DNA from: a virus
Lineage: Duplodnaviria; Caudoviricetes
DNA length: 64,000 nt
Strand: one strand, 5' to 3'
Virus record (IMG/VR): IMGVR_UViG_3300031949_001696
The notes beneath the pieces were generated by a model. The model had not been told where the DNA came from and made no database searches. It saw nothing but the letters and a program-made list of their open reading frames with translations. The translations under genes were made by a program, and so were the position numbers. This document shows positions 49,496 to 57,516 of this stretch, piece after piece (within the stretch, counting starts at the first letter, position 1; each line of letters opens with the position of its first letter).

Positions 49496-51328
49496 CTAGC
49501 TGACGACGCGCAGGGTCTTTCGCCCGGCCGGTACCGGCGGACGACGAGCGTCGTCGTCGTCAACGCCGCTGATTTCCGGCGCGATCGTGACAACCGCCTT
49601 CTTCTTCGCGACACGATCCGCGGCTCTGCGCGCGACGTCGAGTAGGTTCTCGCGCACCCTCTCGCGCGCCTGGCTTTCCTTCTTCGTTGCGATTGCTATG
49701 ACGCGGTCACGGAGACGGCGCAGCCTGCCGCGTCGGTGCGTGCCGACCTCGTAGACGAGATCCGCCGCCGTGCAGCCGACCGTGTGGGGCGATCGATGGC
49801 GTGCATGCGTGAGGGCCGGGTGCTTCTTCAGGTAGGCGCGCACCTCGTCGATCGACATGCCTACGTCGATAAGGGCCTGCGCAACTTCGCGCTCGGCGAG
49901 CTGCTTGGCCTTGAACAGCTGCATCTGGACGCGACTGTAGACGTTGACGGCTCCGTCGCCGTTGGTCTCGATCGGCAGGAAGATGCCCTGCGGATAGAGC
50001 TCGGTGATCATCGACTGGATCCCGTCGGAGACCGATGAGGATGGCATGCAGCCGAACGGCTTCACCGAGAGTGTCATGTTGACCTTCTGGTACACGACGT
50101 TCTGGATGAGCTTGCCGACCTCCATGTGCCCCTCGCCGCCCCGCAGGTTGTTGTCGTAGAACGCGTGACTGATCTCGGCGATCTGGTCCATGTCGGGCAG
50201 GTGGTAGTCGGCAAGACCCATCGCGCGGGCGAATACCTGGAACAGCCCGCGCAACACTTTCTCGGCGGCCCACAGGGATGCGAGGTGCTTGCGCACGTCG
50301 ACGTCTTTGAGGCTGAACTTGCTGCCGCCCTCGGCCAGGGTGGGATCCGTGCCGCGCAGGTTCGCACGCTGTTTGGTGTCGTAGCGACTCTCCCACATCA
50401 TGTAGAGCAGCCACGCGGTGACGAGCTGGATCTCGGGCTCGGCTCCTTCTGCTTCGAGGAAGCGCTGAAGACCGTAGCTGCCGTCGCCCTCGGTCGTCAT
50501 GGCCCAGAATTCGCCGATGATGCCGACGCGCGGCTTCACTCGCGTGCGATCGACCTCCACCTTGCCGAGCACGCCCCGGACCTTCCACAGCGCGCGCGCG
50601 ATCAGCGTGTTGTGCTCGAGCGCGTCGGCGATGATCTTCTTGCTGGTTTCGATCGCGCGGTCACCTGCGCCCGGTTGCACTTCGTAGGGCCGGATGCGGT
50701 AGCCGATCGCGTTGAGCACGTCGCCGATGAGGATGGCCCGTACGAGCTGCCAGAAGAATTGCGGGTTCATTTCCAGGCCGACGCCCTCGCCAGTTGCCTG
50801 CTTGAGGCCGCCTGTTTGCTGGAACAGGAGTACGCGGAAGCCATCGAAGCCCGCGTCGCGGAGTGCCTTCCGGTATTCGGTGACGTACGTGCCGAATCGG
50901 CACGGGCCACACGCGCCGGCCGTGACGAACACGTGGTTCTTCACGATGTCGTCCTTGCTCATGCCGCGCTCGCGCAGCCCGTCGAGGTACTTCACGAGAT
51001 TGCCGACGGTGAAGTACGTCGGATTGCACTGGCCGCGGTTGCCGTACTCGCGGCCGTACTGGAGCGCGTCGGTGTCGGGGACGTCGAGCGCGAGCACCTT
51101 GTAACCGATGCCCCGCAGTGCCGCTTGGATGAAGAGGTCGTGCGCCATCGTGAGGCCGCAGACCAGGAGCGTCGTGTGCTCGCGCTGGCTCCTGGTGAAC
51201 GCGCGGGGCACTTCGTCGAACCAGTGCTTCGCGGGTTCGACCGGTAGGCCGAAGCGCCGCCGCTCCTCGATCTCGAACTGTCTGAGCTGCTTCTCGATCG
51301 CTTCAATGCTGTCGGGCTCGATAGTCAT
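49496..51328 (-). CDS. 2-hydroxyacyl-CoA dehydratase-related (COG3581-type) protein
   Basis: NRGQCNPTYFTVG, GACGPCRFG, GGEGHMEVG, KPFGCMP. Confidence 0.8.
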   Translation of the reverse strand: MTIEPDSIEAIEKQLRQFEIEERRRFGLPVEPAKHWFDEVPRAFTRSQREHTTLLVCGLTMAHDLFIQAALRGIGYKVLALDVPDTDALQYGREYGNRGQCNPTYFTVGNLVKYLDGLRERGMSKDDIVKNHVFVTAGACGPCRFGTYVTEYRKALRDAGFDGFRVLLFQQTGGLKQATGEGVGLEMNPQFFWQLVRAILIGDVLNAIGYRIRPYEVQPGAGDRAIETSKKIIADALEHNTLIARALWKVRGVLGKVEVDRTRVKPRVGIIGEFWAMTTEGDGSYGLQRFLEAEGAEPEIQLVTAWLLYMMWESRYDTKQRANLRGTDPTLAEGGSKFSLKDVDVRKHLASLWAAEKVLRGLFQVFARAMGLADYHLPDMDQIAEISHAFYDNNLRGGEGHMEVGKLIQNVVYQKVNMTLSVKPFGCMPSSSVSDGIQSMITELYPQGIFLPIETNGDGAVNVYSRVQMQLFKAKQLAEREVAQALIDVGMSIDEVRAYLKKHPALTHARHRSPHTVGCTAADLVYEVGTHRRGRLRRLRDRVIAIATKKESQARERVRENLLDVARRAADRVAKKKAVVTIAPEISGVDDDDARRPPVPAGRKTLRVVS

Positions 51329-51447
51329 GAGATTGCGCGTCAGTCTAACTGGTATCGGCGATCTCTCCGCGGCGCTGGGAGGCTGAATTCTTGCCTGAGA
51401 TCGGTAGGGATCTCGTGGTTGTCAGACCCCGGGCGTAGCTTTCGTTC

Positions 51448-51747
51448 ATGGCCAAGAAGCAGACACGTCGGAGCGTTTCTTTGAACCGGAACGACTACGA
51501 AGCCGCGAAGCAGGAGGCCGCTTGCCGCGGTCTGACCCTCGCGGCACTCGTTGAGTCCGGGCTCGCCGCGATCGGCGTTCCGGTCGTGCCGCACCCACAG
51601 CAACCAGTCGCCCTCGTGCAGGCGAGCCTCGCCCGCCGGGCCGAGAGCATGGCGGCACGGCATGCCCGCCAGGCCCAGCCGCAACGCCAGTCGCGCGCGC
51701 GCCAGATGCTCGGAGATCACGCCGTGGACGCTCACGGCTTTCAGTGA
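51448..51747 (+). CDS. Ribbon-helix-helix-like DNA-binding protein
   Basis: RRSVSL...YE..K.EA..RG.TLA.LVE pattern. Confidence 0.55.
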   Translation: MAKKQTRRSVSLNRNDYEAAKQEAACRGLTLAALVESGLAAIGVPVVPHPQQPVALVQASLARRAESMAARHARQAQPQRQSRARQMLGDHAVDAHGFQ

Positions 51748-52106
51748 CCCGTTGGAGAGATTGGCGGCAGTGGTGGTCGAGCCTGGATCGTGAGGATCGT
51801 CGTACCGTTCGTGCATGGCTCGACGAGCATCCGCCCCCTGATCGATGGGTCGAGGGAAAAACTGCATACGCCTTTACGGAGATGCCGTCAGTGGTGTTAT
51901 CCAGGAGGGGATCATGATGAGATCCCAGCAAGATCGGAACAAGCGCCGCGCGCTGATCGTCCGTCGATGGTCCGCGTACCGTATCGGACGGGCACAACGC
52001 GAGCACTGGCGCAGGAAACGGGAAGCTCAGCCCGACGACACCGACGAAGTCGTCGGTGACTCTGACTTGTTGGCGGAGCTGCCCGATGGCCTGGTAGGAT
52101 AGCTGC

Positions 52107-52613
52107 ATGAAGGATAAGCTGTCCGTACCGAAACCTGCGCACGCCCCTGCTGACGGATGGCTCGGTTTCGACAGCCGCGGGGGTCGCCTGCTAGCTGGTG
52201 AGGTGACTCGAACCGGGGATGTCGCGCCCGGGGGCTTCGTCGCAATCGCCTCCACGCCGCAGATGCCGTTTCGTGGAGAACGTCTGTTCGTTCACCAGCC
52301 GATCGCGTCCTCGTTCATCATCCATTCGCTGCGCGTCGGACAGATGGAGACGACGGTCGCGTGCATGCCGATTCCGGCCGACGCGTTCGCGACGCGCATG
52401 GATGCACTCGCACAGATCGACGAGATGTTCGCACGCGACAAGGTCATCGAGATCCAGGTGGGTAAGAGCGGCGCCGAGCTGCTCGGATCTCCGTGGACGC
52501 TGCCGATCGCGATGCACGGCATCATGATCACGCTCTCGATCGAGAACATCGGTGACCGTCCGCTGCGCTTCCTTGCAGGCATGCTCGGCAAGGTCCTGCC
52601 GGTGCCGGTGTAG
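52107..52613 (+). CDS. Beta-rich protein similar to the 1..165 product
   Basis: PIPADAFAT vs DVPGDLFAT; ENIG...F.AGMLG vs TYIG...FFGAMVG. Confidence 0.65.
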   Translation: MKDKLSVPKPAHAPADGWLGFDSRGGRLLAGEVTRTGDVAPGGFVAIASTPQMPFRGERLFVHQPIASSFIIHSLRVGQMETTVACMPIPADAFATRMDALAQIDEMFARDKVIEIQVGKSGAELLGSPWTLPIAMHGIMITLSIENIGDRPLRFLAGMLGKVLPVPV

Positions 52614-52617
52614 ATCG

Positions 52618-53274
52618 ATGCGCGGTCACTACGGCCTCCCGTCCTCTCGCATCGGCCTAAACCCAGCGGCGTACAACTACACGTACACGTTCCAGGACGA
52701 GCTTCAGCGACTCCACCGCGAGATCGTGCAGCTCTCGTCGGAAGTCACGACGGCGGTGAACAAGCGCGGCTACCGCACCTCCGATCCGCTGACGACTCCT
52801 TTGCCGCAGATCCAGCAGGAAGCGATCGCGCGCGCGACGAGTGGCAGGCCCGATCCCAAAGATCCGATCGTCGATTTCTTCAAGGAGCTGTGGCTTCCTT
52901 TCCTCGCGACCTGGAACAAGCTCTACACGTCGTACAATGGGTGGTTCTCGGCATCGACGAATGCTGCCGCGCCTGATCTTGAGCGGCACGAGCGGCAGCT
53001 CGCGCAGCTCCGCGCGACGCTGGACAAGCTCAAGCTCCGTCGCGAGGCTGCTCCAGCTCCCCGCGAGGCTGCTCCAGCTCGCGAAGCTGCTCCAGCTCGC
53101 GAAGCTGCTCCAGCTCCTCGGCGTCCCGACGTAGCACCGCCTTCTGACGACGCGCCGCGAACGGCACCTACGGCAGGGTTCGCGGTACCCAAAGTCGTGA
53201 TCGTCGGTGCAGTGGTGGTTGGTGTTTCGCTGCTCGGCGCGGTGGTGATCCGATCGCTCTCCGTTGGGCGGTGA
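52618..53274 (+). CDS. Helical membrane protein with RGHYG tag and REAAPA repeats
   Basis: WLPFLATWNK motif; C-terminal TM. Confidence 0.7.
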   Translation: MRGHYGLPSSRIGLNPAAYNYTYTFQDELQRLHREIVQLSSEVTTAVNKRGYRTSDPLTTPLPQIQQEAIARATSGRPDPKDPIVDFFKELWLPFLATWNKLYTSYNGWFSASTNAAAPDLERHERQLAQLRATLDKLKLRREAAPAPREAAPAREAAPAREAAPAPRRPDVAPPSDDAPRTAPTAGFAVPKVVIVGAVVVGVSLLGAVVIRSLSVGR

Positions 53275-53349
53275 AGACGACGAACTGGCCGACGCGCCTG
53301 AAGTCGGGTTAGACTAGATCTTGATGGACGAACCTCTGAGCACGGCGCC

Positions 53350-53565
53350 GTGAGCTTCGACTCGTGTCCCTGCTGCCTTCGTCGCGACGGGCTCACGTCC
53401 GGCGGATGTCTGTACTGCTCGGCGCGAACGTTCTGCGCGTGCGGGCAGCTCGTGGCATGCGGGTGCGGTTGGCAGATCTCGGAGCACGCGTGCCCGTGTG
53501 TCGTGTCCGTCGGTGTGTTCGAGCCGATTTCGACGTTGCCACTGGCGGAGGTCCAGCCTTCATGA
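53350..53565 (+). CDS. Cys-rich small protein
   Basis: Many Cys; ATGA coupling to next gene. Confidence 0.4.
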   Translation: MSFDSCPCCLRRDGLTSGGCLYCSARTFCACGQLVACGCGWQISEHACPCVVSVGVFEPISTLPLAEVQPS

Positions 53566-54056
53566 GCTTCCGCGAATCTGCCACCGCGATCGCACAGCGC
53601 ACCGCCGGCAACTTCATCGGTGTCGTGCTCTACGTCCCCGTGGGAGGGCAATCTACGGTGCCGTGGTGGAGCGCCGACGCATTCATGAATACTGCGGCTC
53701 TTGAAGAATGGTACGAGGGGATCGCGAACTCACCGCCGCTCTACTACTACATCGCCGCATTCGACAAGACGCGCGGCGCCATTCCCGTGGGTGAGGCGAT
53801 TGCTCCTCCCAAGCCTGGAATGTACGGCTTCGACGTTCATTCCAAATGGCGCCATCCCCCATTCAGACGCGCGACAATCTCCGGCGAAGCGCGCGGCAGT
53901 GGCCCGGTTGACTTCGCGAAGACCCTCGCGATCTTCGCGTTGTTCGCAGTTCCAGCGGGACTGCTCATCTCGAAGCTGCAAGAGCGAAAGCATCTCCGAG
54001 AAGAGGAGACGGCGTTTCGTCGGCTCGGCCTGGACTGGAATCTCAGGAGTCGGTAG
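53562..54056 (+). CDS. YIAAFDK-domain protein with C-terminal TM
   Basis: AGNFIGVV...WY...YYIAAFDK matches the 6306/12285 domain. Confidence 0.7.
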   Translation: MSFRESATAIAQRTAGNFIGVVLYVPVGGQSTVPWWSADAFMNTAALEEWYEGIANSPPLYYYIAAFDKTRGAIPVGEAIAPPKPGMYGFDVHSKWRHPPFRRATISGEARGSGPVDFAKTLAIFALFAVPAGLLISKLQERKHLREEETAFRRLGLDWNLRSR

Positions 54057-54511
54057 TGAGCACGAGCGAGGTTGCGCCTGGGCTCTACGTCGGCAGTAAA
54101 CCCCCGCCGGGGCGGCACGAGGGTGTCGACGTGATCGTCTTGGCCGCGATGGAGTACCAGCCGCCCGCGCACCTGTTCCCGGGGATCGAGGTGATTCATG
54201 CACCGCTCGATGACGCTCCGGGTCGGCGGATGCGCGAAGACGAGATTGCGATCGCGACCAAGGCGGCCAAGCGTGTCGCGCAGCTACTGCGCTCGGGCCG
54301 CCGTGTGCTCAGTACATGCCAGTTGGGTCTCAATAGATCGTCGCTCGTCGCCGCGCTCGCGATGCACGACGTCTATGGCATGAGCGCGAACGAGCTTGTT
54401 ACGAGGCTTCGGCGAGCTCGTGGCGCGTGGGCACTATCGAATCCAAATTTCGAGAAGCTCTTACGCGTCGTGATCGACGTGCGGGACGGCGGCTCGCGCT
54501 GCTCTCCATAG
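54056..54511 (+). CDS. Dual-specificity phosphatase-like protein
   Basis: GLYVG, PLDD, CQLGLNRS (CX5R), NPNF. Confidence 0.8.
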   Translation: MSTSEVAPGLYVGSKPPPGRHEGVDVIVLAAMEYQPPAHLFPGIEVIHAPLDDAPGRRMREDEIAIATKAAKRVAQLLRSGRRVLSTCQLGLNRSSLVAALAMHDVYGMSANELVTRLRRARGAWALSNPNFEKLLRVVIDVRDGGSRCSP

Positions 54512-54671
54512 CGCCAGCGGGCGCGTGGTAAGCTCGTGTGCGGAGGGCAGGTCACGTCACGATGCGAATCCAGATCGCCCAGGGCGCACCGAACCTTCTC
54601 TCGCAGGAATAAGCCTCTACAATAGAGGAAGCCTTTCGCAATCTAGGCTTTGCGCCTTCAACACGACTGCG

Positions 54672-54698
54672 ACGAACGGACGAACGAACGAACGAACG
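54672..54698. repeat. (ACGA)n microsatellite
   Basis: Seen directly between convergent genes. Confidence 0.7.
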
Positions 54699-54722
54699 CG
54701 CAGCGCAGCGCCAGCGCACTAG

Positions 54723-55160
54723 CTACGGCTTCGTCTCGTGGGGCGGCTTCGGGATCGATTGATCGACGGGCGTGATCTCGTCATTGGACGCGACGCGTGT
54801 GTCGTCGTCGAGGTCGACCTTGACGACGTCTCGCGTGGTCGTCCGCGGGATCTCGTCGAGCGGGACGCGGACGAGCGGTGTCATTTCGCCGGTCGGGATT
54901 CGCGGCGGCGTGACGTCGTCTTCGTCGAGAAACGGCGCCATCACCAGGTGGAGCGCACGCTGCGGATGATCGGGGACGTCGACGAGGACGAACAAGTCGC
55001 GTCCGGCTCCCGGACGAAGGCCGGGGAGGCGTCCGAGGCGTCGCATGTCGTCGATCTCTTCCCAGATCTCGACGATCTCGTCGTGGGCGAGCACCGTCTC
55101 GGCCGTCGTCAGGAACTTGCCCGTCTGCCGGAAGTAGATCAGCTGGACCTTGTACGTCAC
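54723..55160 (-). CDS. Hypothetical protein
   Basis: Strong coding bias. Confidence 0.65.
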   Translation of the reverse strand: MTYKVQLIYFRQTGKFLTTAETVLAHDEIVEIWEEIDDMRRLGRLPGLRPGAGRDLFVLVDVPDHPQRALHLVMAPFLDEDDVTPPRIPTGEMTPLVRVPLDEIPRTTTRDVVKVDLDDDTRVASNDEITPVDQSIPKPPHETKP

Positions 55161-55233
55161 CTACGCAGCACGGTATCGCGCGCCGTGAACGATCGCGAAT
55201 CTTCGGCCGCCACCGCGCGGACATGCGCGTTCG

Positions 55234-55262
55234 TTGACTTCGTAGCAGCGCCGCGCTAGCAT
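55234..55262 (+). promoter_or_regulatory. sigma70-type promoter of the tRNA array
   Basis: TTGACT-N17-TAGCAT. Confidence 0.7.
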
Positions 55263-55278
55263 CCTTCTCGTACCAGTC

Positions 55279-55452
55279 ATGTCGATCGCATCCATATCCA
55301 CGAGAGTCACAAGGCGCCAAGGCGTCATGGGACGCGTGTGTGCTCGCCGCGATTGGGCCAAAGCTGCGAATTTCGCCGGCCACGGGACCGTCGAGGGTAT
55401 CAAGCGCCAGCCGCAGCCCACGACCTACGAAGGAAAGGCTCCAGACGCATAG
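55279..55452 (+). CDS. Putative 57-aa leader peptide (MSIASISTRVTRRQG...YEGKAPDA)
   Basis: ATG about 10 nt after predicted TSS; last codons overlap the antiterminator 5' strand; too short for the ORF track; no SD. Confidence 0.55.
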   Translation: MSIASISTRVTRRQGVMGRVCARRDWAKAANFAGHGTVEGIKRQPQPTTYEGKAPDA

Positions 55453-55487
55453 ACCGAGCTAGAAGATAGCCGAAGCGATCTGGAGCC
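55437..55487 (+). promoter_or_regulatory. Putative antiterminator helix
   Basis: GGCTCCAGA (55437-45) is the exact complement of TCTGGAGCC (55479-87). Confidence 0.6.
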
Positions 55488-55523
55488 GCCCTGGGAACAA
55501 ACCCTCGGCGGTTTTTTCGTTTT
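55482..55523 (+). terminator. Intrinsic terminator/attenuator immediately before the first tRNA
   Basis: CCGCC/GGCGG stem, inner GGG/CCC, then TTTTTTCGTTTT. Confidence 0.75.
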
Positions 55524-55524
55524 C

Positions 55525-55608
55525 GGGTGCGCAGACCGGCGTGGTCCCGGGCCTGACTGTAGATCAGGCGTGCTCTGCACCGTCTTGGTTCGATTCCAGG
55601 CGCGCCCA
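55525..55608 (+). tRNA. tRNA-Tyr(GTA), atypical D-arm
   Basis: Acceptor GGGTGCG/CGCGCCC; loop CTGTAGA; variable arm; TTCGATT. Confidence 0.8.
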
Positions 55609-55669
55609 CGAAAGGAAAGGAGACGTGATGCAGAAGAAGCTCAAACGTTCGACCGCGGAAACCCATCCT

Positions 55670-55741
55670 GGGCCCGTGGCGCAACGGTAGCGCACTCGGC
55701 TTTTACCCGAATTGTTGGGGGTTCGAATCCCTCCGGGCTCA
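55670..55741 (+). tRNA. tRNA-Lys(TTT)
   Basis: Cloverleaf; loop CTTTTAC. Confidence 0.9.
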
Positions 55742-55753
55742 CGAACAGATTGA

Positions 55754-55824
55754 TCAGGGTTCGTCCAACGGTAGGACCTGCGCCTCTGGAGCGCATGACG
55801 AGAGTTCGAATCTTTCACCCTGAA
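55754..55824 (+). tRNA. tRNA-Gln(CTG)
   Basis: Cloverleaf; loop CTCTGGA. Confidence 0.9.
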
Positions 55825-55965
55825 CCGCGGCCGACTGCATCGCGCGTGAATCGACGGTCCCCCGAGCAACAGCGCTCACAGCGGGACGACAGCGACACGG
55901 CGAGGACGGGGCATGAAAACAGAAGCTAGAACTGAGTGTCGGACGGTCTTGATACGATCGTCACG

Positions 55966-56436
55966 ATGGGTAAGCAGTGCACTCAATGTCACAAGGTCAA
56001 AGCCGTTGCCGAATTTCAATACAGAACTGCGACGACGGCACGGTGTCGTGAATGCAACAAGGCAGCATGCCGTGCCTGGCATGCCAAGAACAAAGGCGTT
56101 TACAAAGAGAAACGAAAGGAGCAGTGGAAGAGTCGAAATCGACCCGCCATCGAATTCGTACTCGCCGCGAAGAGTAAGCCTTGCACAGACTGCGGGCGAA
56201 CCTTCCATCCTGTGGCGATGGACTTCGATCATGTGAAAGGAAAGAAGACCACTGAAATCTCGACACTGATGAGAAGTGGCTACAGCTTGGAGCGGATCAA
56301 GAAGGAAGTCGCCAAGTGTGAAGTGGTGTGCGCATGTTGCCATCGTGTACGAACGCTCAAGAGAATGGGCACCAGTTCAAGACCGTATTCCATGTACGAC
56401 GTGTTCACGGACAACGGAAAGCTTCTTGGCAATTGA
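55966..56436 (+). CDS. HNH endonuclease-like protein
   Basis: CTDCG, MDFDHV, KCEVVCACCHRVRT. Confidence 0.8.
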   Translation: MGKQCTQCHKVKAVAEFQYRTATTARCRECNKAACRAWHAKNKGVYKEKRKEQWKSRNRPAIEFVLAAKSKPCTDCGRTFHPVAMDFDHVKGKKTTEISTLMRSGYSLERIKKEVAKCEVVCACCHRVRTLKRMGTSSRPYSMYDVFTDNGKLLGN

Positions 56437-56485
56437 ATAGTTGAATGACGATGACGCGATCGCGGCATGTAGCACGATCGCAAAT

Positions 56486-56558
56486 GCCCAGACAGCTTGC
56501 TTGGTGCAAGCGCCGTCCCGAAAAGTCGGAGATGATCGTTCGAACCGATCTCTGGGCA
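56486..56558 (+). tRNA. tRNA-Phe(GAA)
   Basis: Loop CCGAAAA (C33). Confidence 0.85.
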
Positions 56559-56560
56559 CT

Positions 56561-56632
56561 GCCTCCGTAGCTCCAATGTAGAGCAAGCGGTTCTTACCCG
56601 TGAGGCTGTTGGTTCAAGTCCAACCGGGGGCA
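56561..56632 (+). tRNA. tRNA-Lys(CTT)
   Basis: Loop TTCTTAC. Confidence 0.85.
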
Positions 56633-56787
56633 CTAGTTCTCGTTGCTGTCCTTCCAAAAGCTCACAAGCGCGGTGGGGATCAGCAGTAACAGAAACAGCA
56701 CGATGTCACGTAGACGCCAGCCGTCGCCGAAGTCACTCATACTAGAAAGATCGTTCCGCGCTGGGTTTCGTGACAGGAAAAGTTCAA

Positions 56788-56861
56788 CGGGGTGTAGCTC
56801 AGCTTGGTAGAGCGCGTGCCTTGGGCGCATGAGGTCGCAGGTTCAATTCCTGTCGCCCCGA
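56788..56861 (+). tRNA. tRNA-Pro(TGG)
   Basis: Canonical cloverleaf. Confidence 0.95.
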
Positions 56862-56947
56862 CGAGAAACATGGGTGCCTGAGGACCCTGTCGGCGTTGCC
56901 GACGAACGTTGAAGCACGGCGCCGTGCTGAGACGACCAGGAAAACTT

Positions 56948-57018
56948 GCAGGTCAGGCCGACTGGCGAGGCACCGCGTTGCCAACGCGGATAGACGGATT
57001 CGATTTCCGTGATCTGCT
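56948..57018 (+). tRNA. tRNA-Gly(GCC)
   Basis: Loop TTGCCAA; U73. Confidence 0.85.
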
Positions 57019-57024
57019 CTGAAG

Positions 57025-57096
57025 GCCCGTACAGCACGATGGTCGTGCAGCAGTTTCGTAAACTGCCGGTTGCCGGTTCAAGTCCGGCTGCGGGCT
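57025..57096 (+). tRNA. tRNA-Thr(CGT)
   Basis: Loop TTCGTAA. Confidence 0.9.
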
Positions 57097-57100
57097 CGAC

Positions 57101-57173
57101 GCTATCGTAGCTCAGCTGGCAGAGCACCTGACTTGTAATCAGGGGGTCCCGAGTTCGATTCTCGGTGGTAGCT
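57101..57173 (+). tRNA. tRNA-Thr(TGT)
   Basis: Canonical cloverleaf. Confidence 0.95.
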
Positions 57174-57183
57174 CGATGATCAT

Positions 57184-57266
57184 TCCGAGGTAGCCTAGCG
57201 GCAAGGCACGCGGCTGTTAACCGCGCGTGGGAAACCACATCGTTGGTTCGAATCCAACCTTCGGAG
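57184..57266 (+). tRNA. tRNA-Asn(GTT) with long variable arm
   Basis: Loop CTGTTAA; G73; extra hairpin GTGG-GAAA-CCAC. Confidence 0.85.
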
Positions 57267-57350
57267 CGTACGGTTCTCGCGCAGTTCCTTCAGGCGATTG
57301 GCTCCGGGCGTTCCCAGCTCGGTGCAGGCTCCGCGGCGCGTGAACCTTCT

Positions 57351-57422
57351 GCGGGTGAGGCCGACTGGCGAGGCACCGGGTTTCCACCCCGGCTAGGTAG
57401 GATTCGATTTCCACCATCCGCT
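57351..57422 (+). tRNA. tRNA-Gly(TCC)
   Basis: Loop TTTCCAC; U73. Confidence 0.8.
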
Positions 57423-57435
57423 CGAATGCGCGCAT

Positions 57436-57507
57436 GTGCACGTAGCTCAGCAGCAGAGCGCCGTCTCGACAAGGCGGATGCCGCAGGTGCAATCCCTGCC
57501 GTGCACA
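57436..57507 (+). tRNA. tRNA-Val(GAC)
   Basis: Loop TCGACAA (C33); T-loop TGCAATC. Confidence 0.85.
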
Positions 57508-57516
57508 CGATGACAC

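Noticed and set aside
55525-55608. tRNA-Sec or allo-tRNA
   Set aside because: 7/5 acceptor/T fold with a GTA anticodon fits a deviant Tyr.
56879-56945. Hammerhead ribozyme (CTGAGGA...GAAA)
   Set aside because: Stem II does not close properly, and stems I and III were not found.
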